Virus record (IMG/VR): IMGVR_UViG_3300023174_002543
Location: 186,001 to 250,000 of that record
Length of the DNA: 64,000 bases
Reading direction: 5' to 3' (one strand)
The notes below the pieces were generated by a model. It saw only the letters and a list, made by a program, of their open reading frames with translations. It did not search any database and was not told the DNA's origin. How positions within the stretch are numbered: the first letter of the stretch is position 1; each line of letters begins with the position of its first letter. A program made the translations under genes and the position numbers. This document shows positions 19,932 through 29,558 of this stretch, in pieces.

Positions 19932-20423
19932 TTAGCACTTGAACAAATCTTGGTGTTTAAACCAACGTTTTTGTCCATGACTAGTTTTTAGCGCAATACC
20001 GTGTTTAGCTAATTTGTCACGGAATACAAAGAAACTAGGACCGTGACTTAGAATGAAATCTTTACCTTTTCTATAACGCTTGGGTCCATCTATATCCCAT
20101 TGATATTGATGACACATTTCATGTGCTAGTGTAGTTACCATCCACTGCGGGCAGAACCATTTATCCATCATTTTTATAGTACAGTAACTCCCTGTATAGT
20201 TTATTGAAGTTTCTGCTATACACATGCCCCAGTATTTCTTACAATGACTAGCTAAAACTAACTTTGGCATATGTAGTTTATTGTCAAAAATTAACCAATT
20301 CAGTTGTTCATATACATGTCTAATATCACTTTTTGAGGGTCTATAGGGTAATTTTCTCTGTAAATAAACAGGGGGAAGAGGAAAATCCATTATTTCTTCT
20401 AAGGAGTAGTTAATGAGTTTCAT
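19932..20423 (-). CDS. SprT-like zinc metalloprotease
   Basis: TLAHEMCH and HG..F motifs. Confidence 0.8.
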   Translation of the reverse strand: MKLINYSLEEIMDFPLPPVYLQRKLPYRPSKSDIRHVYEQLNWLIFDNKLHMPKLVLASHCKKYWGMCIAETSINYTGSYCTIKMMDKWFCPQWMVTTLAHEMCHQYQWDIDGPKRYRKGKDFILSHGPSFFVFRDKLAKHGIALKTSHGQKRWFKHQDLFKC

Positions 20424-20492
20424 ACATATATTTATGAAAAATATACTACTTTAGTGCAAACCAACTAAATAATAGTACAAGGAGAATTTATC

Positions 20493-20774
20493 ATGGAATT
20501 GATTATTGGAATCGCAGTTATTGCAGTTGTTGGTTATTTTGTTTTACGCAAAAAACCAGAAGTAGTGCAAGAAATCGTTGAGGAAGTTAAAGAAGTCGAG
20601 AAAAAAGCTGAAGTAGCAGTTGCTAAGGTTGAAGCAGAAGTTAAAGAAGTTGCTAAAAAGACTACCACCCGTGTTAAAAAAGCATTGGATGTTAATCAAG
20701 ATGGCAAGGTCAATGCTAAAGACGCAGTTGCTGCCGTTAAAAAAGCACGTAAACCACGTGCCCCTAAGGCGTAA
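20493..20774 (+). CDS. Small membrane-anchored protein with an EF-hand-like loop and Lys/Ala-rich tail
   Basis: N-terminal TM; DVNQDGKVNAKD; AGGAG RBS. Confidence 0.7.
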   Translation: MELIIGIAVIAVVGYFVLRKKPEVVQEIVEEVKEVEKKAEVAVAKVEAEVKEVAKKTTTRVKKALDVNQDGKVNAKDAVAAVKKARKPRAPKA

Positions 20775-20796
20775 TTCTTTAATTAAACATTAACGG

Positions 20797-20819
20797 AAAT
20801 AGGGCTACGGCCCTATTTT
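20797..20819 (+). terminator. Intrinsic terminator
   Basis: AAATAGGG-CTACGG-CCCTATTT. Confidence 0.7.
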
Positions 20820-20822
20820 ACT

Positions 20823-21518
20823 ATGATTTTTGGCTTTGATATAATTAGTGATTTAAACCTAACAGAGAATGATATCTTTGATTGGGAAGGAAAGCCAACA
20901 AGTCTTTATTGTGTGCTTGCAGGTAACATATCTAGCGACCTGCACGTACTCTATAAAACTATCAAACATTTGAGTAAGTTATATCAAGGTGTTTTTTATA
21001 TAGATGGTTTTATAGAAAATAGCCAAATAGAAGATAAAGACCGCGTTATAGATGAAATATCAAAAATATTCACTGGTATGAAAAATGCAGTATATCTACA
21101 TAACAATGTAGTTGTAGTAGAGGGAGTAGCATTAGTAGGAGTGAATGGGTGGTACGGAAATCAAGCCACTACACAAGGAGACACACTCAATCTAAGAATG
21201 AATAGGTATGATGATTTGGCATACCTGCAAAAAACAATAGAGAAATTGCAACTTCATATAGATGTAAAACAAATCGTAATAATTTCTAATAGTATACCTT
21301 CTATTGAATTGTATTTTGGTGAGAAACCTAATATAGATCCAGCTGAGATAAATCTAAATTATGTGTTAGATACTGATACTGAGAGTAAAATAACTACTTG
21401 GGTATTCGGAACACATAAAAAAATAGTTGACACCAAAATTAACGGTGTCAACTATTTTAATAACCCTTGTCTTACTAAGATTCCTTATTACCCTAAAAGA
21501 ATCAATATAGAAGTTTAA
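20823..21518 (+). CDS. Degenerate metallophosphoesterase-fold protein
   Basis: Motif order is preserved but the ligands are altered (SDLN, AGNI, GFIE, FGTH). Confidence 0.65.
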   Translation: MIFGFDIISDLNLTENDIFDWEGKPTSLYCVLAGNISSDLHVLYKTIKHLSKLYQGVFYIDGFIENSQIEDKDRVIDEISKIFTGMKNAVYLHNNVVVVEGVALVGVNGWYGNQATTQGDTLNLRMNRYDDLAYLQKTIEKLQLHIDVKQIVIISNSIPSIELYFGEKPNIDPAEINLNYVLDTDTESKITTWVFGTHKKIVDTKINGVNYFNNPCLTKIPYYPKRINIEV

Positions 21519-21826
21519 ACTTCGCTTTCAATTTTGACTTGTAAGGGGAAACCTTCTTGTCTTGCATCAAGTGTAACTTCAATTCCCTTTTGTTCTGCAA
21601 TCTCGTATGGCAATACTGCAACTACAGCACTTCCTTGTTCATGTATACCTACTGTGATATTTTGTGCGGTATCACTGGTATAATTAAAGTGATCCACTAA
21701 ACTACGTACTACAAAATCCATAGAAGTTAGTTCATCATTTAAATAGATAACCTTGAACATAGGGGGTTCTTGGATAGCTAGATTAGGCTTGATTTTAATT
21801 TTTGTATCTATATGTGTTGATGCCAT
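21515..21826 (-). CDS. clpS: ClpS N-degron adaptor
   Basis: PP.FKVI.LND..T.MDFVV...IH.QG.AVV...YEIAE.K...FPL. Confidence 0.93.
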   Translation of the reverse strand: MASTHIDTKIKIKPNLAIQEPPMFKVIYLNDELTSMDFVVRSLVDHFNYTSDTAQNITVGIHEQGSAVVAVLPYEIAEQKGIEVTLDARQEGFPLQVKIESEV

Positions 21827-21893
21827 TTTAAACCCTTAAAGTTAGTAGTGCATATTTCTATACACTACTTTTATTTACAATAAATGTATTATA

Positions 21894-22340
21894 CTATTTA
21901 GTGTAGTTTATTGCAATACTCTTGGGTTTTTTGTCTTCCGGGACTAAACGTTCGCATGTAATAGTCAAAATACCGTTATTATGCTCGGCATTTTTAACTT
22001 CCATGTGTTCTCCTAAGATAAATTCACGTTGGAAGTTTCTATAACTAATACCACGGTGTAGATATTCTTTTGGTTTATCCAAATCCTGAATTTTGTTACC
22101 AGTGACAGTAAGCATACGATTTTCTATCTCAATAGAAATTTCCCCTTGAGTAAATCCTGCAACTGCAATTTCAATTGCAAAATTGTCCTCAGAGATTTGT
22201 ACCACATTGTACGGTGGGTAATTATTATTTGTTTGTGTTGCATTCATACGCATCAATTCGTCTAACATAGAATCAAATCCTATGCCAAATCTATGAATTG
22301 CAGGTATGTCTAATGAACGTAATGATAATGTGTTTGTCAT
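21894..22340 (-). CDS. Small heat-shock protein (Hsp20/IbpA-like)
   Basis: IGFD, NYPPYNV, AVAGF, YLHRGI..R.F and NGIL motifs; start moved to the ATG after AGGAG. Confidence 0.95.
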   Translation of the reverse strand: MTNTLSLRSLDIPAIHRFGIGFDSMLDELMRMNATQTNNNYPPYNVVQISEDNFAIEIAVAGFTQGEISIEIENRMLTVTGNKIQDLDKPKEYLHRGISYRNFQREFILGEHMEVKNAEHNNGILTITCERLVPEDKKPKSIAINYTK

Positions 22341-22346
22341 GTTTTT

Positions 22347-22394
22347 CTCCTTATTAAGCAAGTATATGACAAGCGGGCCTCGAAAGCGCCCGCT
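22347..22394 (-). promoter_or_regulatory. ROSE-like RNA thermometer in the hsp20 leader
   Basis: CUUGCU pairs with AGGAG leaving a bulged G; upstream GC-rich hairpin closed by a UUCG loop. Confidence 0.65.
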
Positions 22395-22408
22395 ATCTTT
22401 ATAGAATC

Positions 22409-24340
22409 TTATTTAGATTCTTTTACCTCTGCATCAACCACTGTTGACTCATCAACGGGTTTTGCAGTTTCTTCTGTAGTAGCAGTTGGATTTGCTGCCT
22501 CTTCAGCCTTCTTCTTGGCTTCTTCTTCCTCATACTTAAACTTAGTAATTGGACCGATAGCCTCGTATAACTTAGGAATACTATCTTGGATTGCTTTAGG
22601 ATCATCACCTTCCATAGCAGTTTCAACAGCCTTAATAGCTTCGTCTGCTTTGTTGCGTTCTTCTTCGGTGACCTTATCCTTATAAGCCTCAAAGTCTTTC
22701 TTAAAGCCAAACAATGTACCTTCAGCACTATTACGTGCTTGTACTAATTCAACATGTTTCTTATCGGCTTCAGCATTCAACTCACCATCTTTAACCATTT
22801 GTTGAATTTCTGCTTCACTTAATCCTGAATTAGCCTTGATAGTGATTTTGTTCTCTTTACCAGTACCTTTGTCCTTAGCGGACACTTTGAGAATACCGTT
22901 AGCATCAATATCTAATGTAACTTCAATCTGTGGTTGACCACGTGGTGCTGGTGGAATGTCACCCAAACTAAACTCACCCAATACTTTATTATATTGGAAT
23001 AGTTCACGTTCACCTTGACCTACTTTAATAGTAACTGCCGGCTGATTGTCATCCGCAGTACTAAAAGTTTGTGAATGTTTAGTTGGGATAGTTGTATTCT
23101 TGTTAATCAATTTAGTGAATACACCACCGACTGTTTCGATACCAAGACTCAATGGAGTAACGTCAAGTAATAGAACGTCACTACGGCCACCACTCAATAC
23201 ATCACCCTGAATAGCAGCACCTGCGGCAACTGCTTCGTCTGGGTTAACATCTTTGCGTGGTGCCTTGCCGAATAATGATTCAACAACTTCTTGCACCTTA
23301 GGCATACGTGTCATACCGCCAACTAAGATAACTTCATCAATGTCACCTGCACTAACATTAGCATCTTGCATAGCCTGACGACATGGAGCCAAACTACGTT
23401 GGATTAACTCGTCAACCAATTGTTCTAATTTAGAACGTGATAGTTTAACGTTCATGTGCTTAGGACCATTTGCATCGGCTGTAATATATGGCAAGTTAAC
23501 ATCTGTTTGTGCTGAACTTGATAATTCAATCTTAGCCTTTTCTGCGGCTTCTTTTAGTCGTTGTAGTGCCAACACATCTTTACTTAAATCAACTCCGTTG
23601 TCTTTCTTAAACTCATCAATTAAGAAATCCATAATACGTTGGTCAAAGTCTTCACCACCTAAGAATGTATCACCGTTCGTAGACAATACTTCGATTTGTT
23701 TGTCACCGTCAACATCTGCTAATTCAATGATAGATACGTCAAATGTACCACCACCTAAGTCATAGACTGCAATTTTACGGTCACGTTTTTCTTGTTTATC
23801 AACACCATATGCTAGTGCGGCCGCTGTTGGCTCGTTAATAATACGCAATACTTCTAAGCCTGCAATTTTACCTGCATCCTTAGTTGCTTGACGTTGACTA
23901 TCGTTAAAGTAAGCAGGAACTGTAATAACTGCTTGGGTTACATCATGTCCAAGATAGTCTTCGGCAGTCTTTTTCATCTTGCGTAGTACTTCGGCACTAA
24001 TTTGCGGGGGTGCTAACTTTTCATCATTAACTTGTACCCATGCATCACCGTTATCGTTCTGTACGATTTTGTATGGCATTAGGTCAATATCTTTTTGCAC
24101 AGCCTGTTCATTAAACTTACGTCCAATTAAACGTTTGCTTGCATAGATTGTGTTCTTTGGATTTGTAACTGCTTGGCGTTTGGCGCTTGCACCAACCAAG
24201 ATTTCATCGTTTGCGTAGGCAACGATTGAGGGTGTAGTTCTAGCACCTTCTGAATTTTCAATTACTTTGGGGATTCCGTTTTCGATAACGGCTACGCATG
24301 AATTTGTGGTACCCAAATCGATACCGATGACTTTGCTCAT
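22409..24340 (-). CDS. dnaK: Hsp70 chaperone DnaK
   Basis: Full length; [25 protein letters not shown] and [13 protein letters not shown] motifs. Confidence 0.98.
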   Translation of the reverse strand: MSKVIGIDLGTTNSCVAVIENGIPKVIENSEGARTTPSIVAYANDEILVGASAKRQAVTNPKNTIYASKRLIGRKFNEQAVQKDIDLMPYKIVQNDNGDAWVQVNDEKLAPPQISAEVLRKMKKTAEDYLGHDVTQAVITVPAYFNDSQRQATKDAGKIAGLEVLRIINEPTAAALAYGVDKQEKRDRKIAVYDLGGGTFDVSIIELADVDGDKQIEVLSTNGDTFLGGEDFDQRIMDFLIDEFKKDNGVDLSKDVLALQRLKEAAEKAKIELSSSAQTDVNLPYITADANGPKHMNVKLSRSKLEQLVDELIQRSLAPCRQAMQDANVSAGDIDEVILVGGMTRMPKVQEVVESLFGKAPRKDVNPDEAVAAGAAIQGDVLSGGRSDVLLLDVTPLSLGIETVGGVFTKLINKNTTIPTKHSQTFSTADDNQPAVTIKVGQGERELFQYNKVLGEFSLGDIPPAPRGQPQIEVTLDIDANGILKVSAKDKGTGKENKITIKANSGLSEAEIQQMVKDGELNAEADKKHVELVQARNSAEGTLFGFKKDFEAYKDKVTEEERNKADEAIKAVETAMEGDDPKAIQDSIPKLYEAIGPITKFKYEEEEAKKKAEEAANPTATTEETAKPVDESTVVDAEVKESK

Positions 24341-24345
24341 TTTTT

Positions 24346-24406
24346 TCTCCTTTAAAAAGCAAGATGTTTATATAGACCTGACTATCAGCGTCCATATGTA
24401 TTTATA
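24346..24406 (-). promoter_or_regulatory. dnaK leader: TATAAATA late promoter plus a ROSE-like SD hairpin
   Basis: TATAAATA at 24399-24406; hairpin at 24375-24392; UCUUGCUU...AAGGAGA. Confidence 0.6.
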
Positions 24407-24446
24407 TATTTTACATTGTTGCGTAAAATATTTGTATATTATTGGG

Positions 24447-24665
24447 TTAATATTGTTTAGGGGGAAGTGTTTGGTCACGCAAATACTTTTTCCAACGACT
24501 CTTTGCTTTACTCTTATCTATCTTACGCTTAGTAGTGGGTTTTACAAATTCTTGTCTATCACGGATTTCTTGGATTAATCCTGACTCTAAGATTTTTTTT
24601 TTGAATTTACGTAATGCTTTTTCAACATTTCCGTCTGGTCCTACTATTACTTTTCTTCCTGGCAT
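24447..24665 (-). CDS. rpsU: Ribosomal protein bS21
   Basis: VEKALRKFKKK...G...E.R.RQ.FVKPT..RK. Confidence 0.9.
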   Translation of the reverse strand: MPGRKVIVGPDGNVEKALRKFKKKILESGLIQEIRDRQEFVKPTTKRKIDKSKAKSRWKKYLRDQTLPPKQY

Positions 24666-25855
24666 ATGATTGGTGTTGGTTTAATAATCTGCTCCCTACT
24701 TATATTTATCTTTTTAACATTAAACTTACGATATTCACGTGTCCGATACATATGGCACATTAATGCTTTTTCAATTTCAGTGTGCAAGCCCCTAGCACCG
24801 GTCTTTAGTGCTAGTGTATTTTCTGCTAATTGATCCAATGCATCTTCTGTAAAGGTCAAATCAATTTCATCTAATTTAAGCAAATATTGATATTGACTGA
24901 TATAGTTGTTTTTCACATCTGTAAGAATATGTATTAATTGTTCTTTAGTGAGGTTTTTTACACTAATAGTGGTTGTAAAACGACCTACAAATTCCGGAAT
25001 TAATCCAAACTTAGTCAAGTCATCAGGGGTGACTTCTGACAAATCACCTTCTATTTTACTATCTTTAATGTCTGCGGCAAATCCAATACTAGTACCATTG
25101 GTGCGTTTTGCTATAATTTCTTTTAATCCTACAAATGCACCACCTGCAATGAATAATATATTTTTAGTATCAATCTCAACCATGTCTGAACCAGGGTGTT
25201 TACGTCCACCTTGATTAGGTACACGACAAACTGTACCCTCAACTAACTTAAGCAATGCTTGCTGTACGCCCTCACCTGACACATCACGGGTAATGCTAGT
25301 ACTTTCACTTTTACGGGCAATTTTGTCAATTTCATCAATGAATACGATACCCTTTTCAGCTAAAGATTTGTCTCCTCCAGCCGCGTTAAGCAACATACTA
25401 ATCATTGATTCAACATCATCACCTACATATCCGGCTTCGGTTAAACTAGTAGCATCGGCAACAACAAACGGAACCTTTAAATACTTGGCGGCAGTTTTAG
25501 CCAATAGTGTTTTACCACTACCAGTTGGACCAACTAACAATACATTGCCTTTTTGAATTTCTAAGTCTTTGGGAGGACGACTAATACGCTTATAATGATT
25601 AGTGATTGCGACACTTAACACTATTTTAGCACTATCTTGACCCACAATATGTTGGTCCAAATATTCTTTAATACTTTCAGGATCATATTGGGGTTCTTCT
25701 TGTGGACCTGAGGTTTCATCAACTATTAATTCTTGGCAAAGTTCAACACAATCGCTACAGATTGCTACACTTTCACCTACGATTAATTTTTTGACTGTTT
25801 CTTTACTAGTACCACAAAAACTACAATGAGTGAGTTGTTTATTTTCTTCTGTCAT
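24647..25855 (-). CDS. clpX: ClpX ATPase
   Basis: CSFC/CSDC zinc domain, [29 protein letters not shown] loop, GARGL. Confidence 0.97.
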   Translation of the reverse strand: MTEENKQLTHCSFCGTSKETVKKLIVGESVAICSDCVELCQELIVDETSGPQEEPQYDPESIKEYLDQHIVGQDSAKIVLSVAITNHYKRISRPPKDLEIQKGNVLLVGPTGSGKTLLAKTAAKYLKVPFVVADATSLTEAGYVGDDVESMISMLLNAAGGDKSLAEKGIVFIDEIDKIARKSESTSITRDVSGEGVQQALLKLVEGTVCRVPNQGGRKHPGSDMVEIDTKNILFIAGGAFVGLKEIIAKRTNGTSIGFAADIKDSKIEGDLSEVTPDDLTKFGLIPEFVGRFTTTISVKNLTKEQLIHILTDVKNNYISQYQYLLKLDEIDLTFTEDALDQLAENTLALKTGARGLHTEIEKALMCHMYRTREYRKFNVKKINISREQIIKPTPIICQEEK

Positions 25856-25891
25856 TATAATACTTATCTAAGTACAAATACTTGATAGAAT

Positions 25892-26863
25892 TTATACTTT
25901 ACCTAAGCATACATTTCTGTTAGAAGTCATATATACGTTAACATGATCCATGCGTTTTAGGTCATTGAATGTTTTACTATCCTTAGGAATAGTATATGCG
26001 GCATTAACAGTAAAAGGATCAATCATACCAATTGCACTAAAATTAGGGTAATCACCGCAACCACGAATGATAGAATTACCATTTACATCTACTACTTCAA
26101 CTACGGAGAACATGGTGATGAATATAGACTCAAATGTTTTCTTGTAAATTTTTTCATCATTGATAAACAATTCAAGTTTTTCATCAAATGCACTAAATGA
26201 TGATTTAGGTTTACGCCATATTGAAATTTTTCTATATGTAGATTTACCATCATCACTTACTCTGTTTAAATTTTCAACCAATGAATCTACCCATTTTGGA
26301 TTCCAAGTAACAACGGCAGATATCTCAATAATCATATCTCGGTCATTGTTTAATTTAATTTTAGTGGATGTTACATTAGAATTGAATGCACTTTTCGGGT
26401 ATCCATTGAGAAGATTACCTATTAATTTTTCCGCATCGTCACGTTCTTTACTATAAGAATCATATTGTGCATATATCCTAGACGAATCTAATACACCTTT
26501 TTTATTACCGGTACTTAAAATTACATCAGCAATTTGACTGTTCTTAACTTTAACATCCATAGTAATACTATAACCCAAACTAGTGTGTGATTGGTCAATG
26601 AGTTTGAAATCATCGACATAACCACTGCTATGTTTTAGAATTTGGTCACGTACTAGTACGTTATTGGTTGCTTGTTTTTCAGTTATTACTATCGCACCAA
26701 CAGCCATTTCAACTGCTAATTGAAATCCATTACGTCTAGCCTCTTCTACTGTTTTACCAGTACCGAGCACTCGTACATAACCATTTTCTACTTTGGCTTC
26801 TTTAGAAGGTGTGCTTGCACAGGCCGAAAGTATCAGCACTAGCACTATGGCTAGATATTTCAT
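25892..26863 (-). CDS. Lipoprotein (LPP20/FlgT-N-like)
   Basis: Lipobox LSAC; G.G.T.EEA...A...AV pattern. Confidence 0.7.
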   Translation of the reverse strand: MKYLAIVLVLILSACASTPSKEAKVENGYVRVLGTGKTVEEARRNGFQLAVEMAVGAIVITEKQATNNVLVRDQILKHSSGYVDDFKLIDQSHTSLGYSITMDVKVKNSQIADVILSTGNKKGVLDSSRIYAQYDSYSKERDDAEKLIGNLLNGYPKSAFNSNVTSTKIKLNNDRDMIIEISAVVTWNPKWVDSLVENLNRVSDDGKSTYRKISIWRKPKSSFSAFDEKLELFINDEKIYKKTFESIFITMFSVVEVVDVNGNSIIRGCGDYPNFSAIGMIDPFTVNAAYTIPKDSKTFNDLKRMDHVNVYMTSNRNVCLGKV

Positions 26864-27486
26864 TTCATTCTATTGGCAAGTTGATTACGAACGGCTTCGC
26901 TATCCAAATCCCAACGAATGGTAACTGCTACTTCTTGAGGACCAATTACTTCTTCTTTGATTTTTATAAAACCTTTAAGTATTGCACTTGAGTTTGTTTT
27001 GATTGTTTCAGTTAATTGAACAACCGTATCGTTTTGGTTCTCACGCAAACTAGTATTTGCGGCTTCTTTATCAGTCATTTCAACTGTTGAACCATCTGCA
27101 TTACCGGATTTAACAACATCTTTTGCTTTTTCAATGTTCTTGGCAATAGTAGTGTTAACACGGTTAGTACTAATTTCTTTATTTAAGAATTCACTTACAT
27201 TGCTATTCGCCCTCATTTCGGCAATAGTCAACGCATTTTTACGGTTGCTAGTTGTAGCACCGAATGTTGGTGCAGTACCGGTTGACTCAATGGCAACAAT
27301 CTTACAATTACTACCTAAACCAAACCATTCACATTTGGTTTCAACTTTGATTTTTTCACTTACAAAGTTGGTAGACAATTTTTGACTTGTGATGGGTCCG
27401 GAACTATTAGCACCGTCTACCGACTTCATACTAGAACATGCAGACAAAAGTACTACAATTGCTACTGCTGAAAGTTTGAGTTTCAT
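26860..27486 (-). CDS. Lipoprotein (LPP20-like)
   Basis: Lipobox LSAC; upstream TTGACA-N17-TATACT. Confidence 0.7.
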   Translation of the reverse strand: MKLKLSAVAIVVLLSACSSMKSVDGANSSGPITSQKLSTNFVSEKIKVETKCEWFGLGSNCKIVAIESTGTAPTFGATTSNRKNALTIAEMRANSNVSEFLNKEISTNRVNTTIAKNIEKAKDVVKSGNADGSTVEMTDKEAANTSLRENQNDTVVQLTETIKTNSSAILKGFIKIKEEVIGPQEVAVTIRWDLDSEAVRNQLANRMK

Positions 27487-27549
27487 AAAAACCTCTCTGA
27501 GTTAAACTATGAACATAGTATAACATTATTCGGAATTATTGTCAACCTT

Positions 27550-29349
27550 TTAGATGGTATTTTTGTCTTCTTTTATGTATTGGGCAATTGCGTCTTGTTC
27601 AGCAGGAGTCAAATGATCCGGATCATATTCTCCGCTAGCAATTTTCTCAATTAAATGTTGGATATAACCATCTTCAGATAGATGACTATCAGTATTTTCA
27701 CGGTTTACTTCTATCCATTTTCTACCGTTAAATTTAAAAATTCTATGCGGAATAACATCAATACGGGTAAACATATCACCTAAAGCTGGTACTTTGGGAA
27801 AATTATCACCGAATGTAACGTTTGGTTCAGTAGGATCATCAACTTTTAATTTTAAATCATTGACAAGATGTAAGTCGGGGCGCAAATCAGAGAGAACACT
27901 TTTATGCATTCTTTTCCCACCGTATACTATGTAATCGCCGGGACTGTCTTTTAGTAGATTACTTAACTCAATGTCTTCTTCTTTTGGAGCTTCAAAAGCA
28001 GGTCCTGTTTGTACCCATTCGCCTGTTGTTAAATCTTTAAAGCCTTCAAAGTTAGGTGTATCATCCTTTTTAACTTCTGGTTCCTCTATTTGCTCACGTA
28101 TAGTCATAGTGTGTTGCTTTAAGAAACCTACAGATACTGAATCATCCTCTTTAGTTGTAATAACTGGGTCTGTATAATCTGGTTCGTGATCCTCTTCTAC
28201 AAACTTGTATTCAATATCAATTGCAGGTGTTTTAGACGTAACAGGTTCTTCTACCTTTTCTTCAACTACAGGAATGTTGTCAGCAGGATTTGAGTTAGTG
28301 ACTACCAGTTGAATAGGTTCAGAACCATCAAAGGGCCCATCTAATACATCACACTCTTTATTTGGACAGAATAATCCAATGCCAGGTGCCTTAACAAGAG
28401 GAGTATTGCAAATATGGCAATTAATTGGATCATCTAATTCTTTAACTACATCTTCATCTATCGGAAATAATTCGTCTTTGTTAGTAAGTTCACCTGTTGG
28501 TAAATCTTCTTTGGCACGTTCACGTAATGCCGCTAGTGCTTCCTCATTAATTGGACCGTCATCTTGTTCGTATTTGTGTTTGTCTTCTTTTTCTTCTTTA
28601 AGCCAACCAAATGTCATTTGAGCCGCTAATAGCATAACAATTGCTAACGGGTCAAACACAATAACAATAAGAATAATAACCCAAGTTACTGCACGTTCTA
28701 ACACATTAGTATCAGGGTTGTCACCATAGACAAATGCCGCTATGTACTTGATTGGCCCTACTTCTGCTTCAACCTTACGAACCTCGGCTGCGATGGGTGC
28801 CCTTTCTTCGCTAAGGGCGGCAACAGTTTTCTGTTCGGTCGCAATCTCAGATTGAAGGCGGACACGTTCTTTTTGCTGTGCTCTTCGGATTTGAACAGCT
28901 TTCTCGGCACCTTTTTCATCATTGCTTCGACCCATAACTTGGTCCACAGCCTCATCCATTTGTTTAAGCGCCTTCCGGTTCGCATCTATGTTGTCCTTTG
29001 CTGTTTTGATTTTTTCGTCATATACTGCAATCTTACTTTGTACATCACCACTTACTAATGTTTGGTCACTATGTGCTTTGCTTAAAAAACCAAAAATACC
29101 TAAACTAGTAATAACCATTAAAATAACAACGGCAATAATAGCATATGACTTCATTAAAAATGGAGCTTGTGTCCATCGTGCTTTTACCCAACTTGCAATA
29201 ACAAGTTTACCTACCTCAAGACTGATACCCATAACCATGATAGGTATTGCCGCGGCAGAGAATATCGCAACCAAACCTGCGACAGAATAATAAATGGCAA
29301 CCGCTGAAATAGTTAAGCCGGAAAGTAGGAGTAATATAGCTAGGATCAT
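27550..29349 (-). CDS. Membrane protein with four TMs, a coiled coil and an acidic C-terminal region containing a zinc ribbon
   Basis: S..A.YYS..GL, GIFGFLSKAH, EVGPIKY and FDPLA motifs typical of large myoviruses; CHIC...C...C. Confidence 0.75.
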   Translation of the reverse strand: MILAILLLLSGLTISAVAIYYSVAGLVAIFSAAAIPIMVMGISLEVGKLVIASWVKARWTQAPFLMKSYAIIAVVILMVITSLGIFGFLSKAHSDQTLVSGDVQSKIAVYDEKIKTAKDNIDANRKALKQMDEAVDQVMGRSNDEKGAEKAVQIRRAQQKERVRLQSEIATEQKTVAALSEERAPIAAEVRKVEAEVGPIKYIAAFVYGDNPDTNVLERAVTWVIILIVIVFDPLAIVMLLAAQMTFGWLKEEKEDKHKYEQDDGPINEEALAALRERAKEDLPTGELTNKDELFPIDEDVVKELDDPINCHICNTPLVKAPGIGLFCPNKECDVLDGPFDGSEPIQLVVTNSNPADNIPVVEEKVEEPVTSKTPAIDIEYKFVEEDHEPDYTDPVITTKEDDSVSVGFLKQHTMTIREQIEEPEVKKDDTPNFEGFKDLTTGEWVQTGPAFEAPKEEDIELSNLLKDSPGDYIVYGGKRMHKSVLSDLRPDLHLVNDLKLKVDDPTEPNVTFGDNFPKVPALGDMFTRIDVIPHRIFKFNGRKWIEVNRENTDSHLSEDGYIQHLIEKIASGEYDPDHLTPAEQDAIAQYIKEDKNTI

Positions 29350-29360
29350 AGTGTATATAT

Positions 29361-29558
29361 TTAGTCTTTAAATAAATGTCCGAATGTATTGTTAAACTCG
29401 TCTAGTTGCATAACTAGTTTTCTAGGTAAACTAGCATTCATTGAAATAAAATAATGAACCCATAATCCATCTTCTCTTTCTTTAAGTTGGATTATCTCAA
29501 TCATTGCCCCGTCTTCAAACGAAAACTTCTTACCTATTAAATCTAAATAATCATCCAT
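29361..29558 (-). CDS. Small hypothetical protein
   Basis: Co-oriented ORF. Confidence 0.5.
   Translation of the reverse strand: MDDYLDLIGKKFSFEDGAMIEIIQLKEREDGLWVHYFISMNASLPRKLVMQLDEFNNTFGHLFKD

Noticed and set aside
21515-25855. Bacterial chromosomal segment or prophage boundary
   Set aside because: The gene order is not bacterial, the composition matches the flanks, and phage-type promoter motifs precede the genes.
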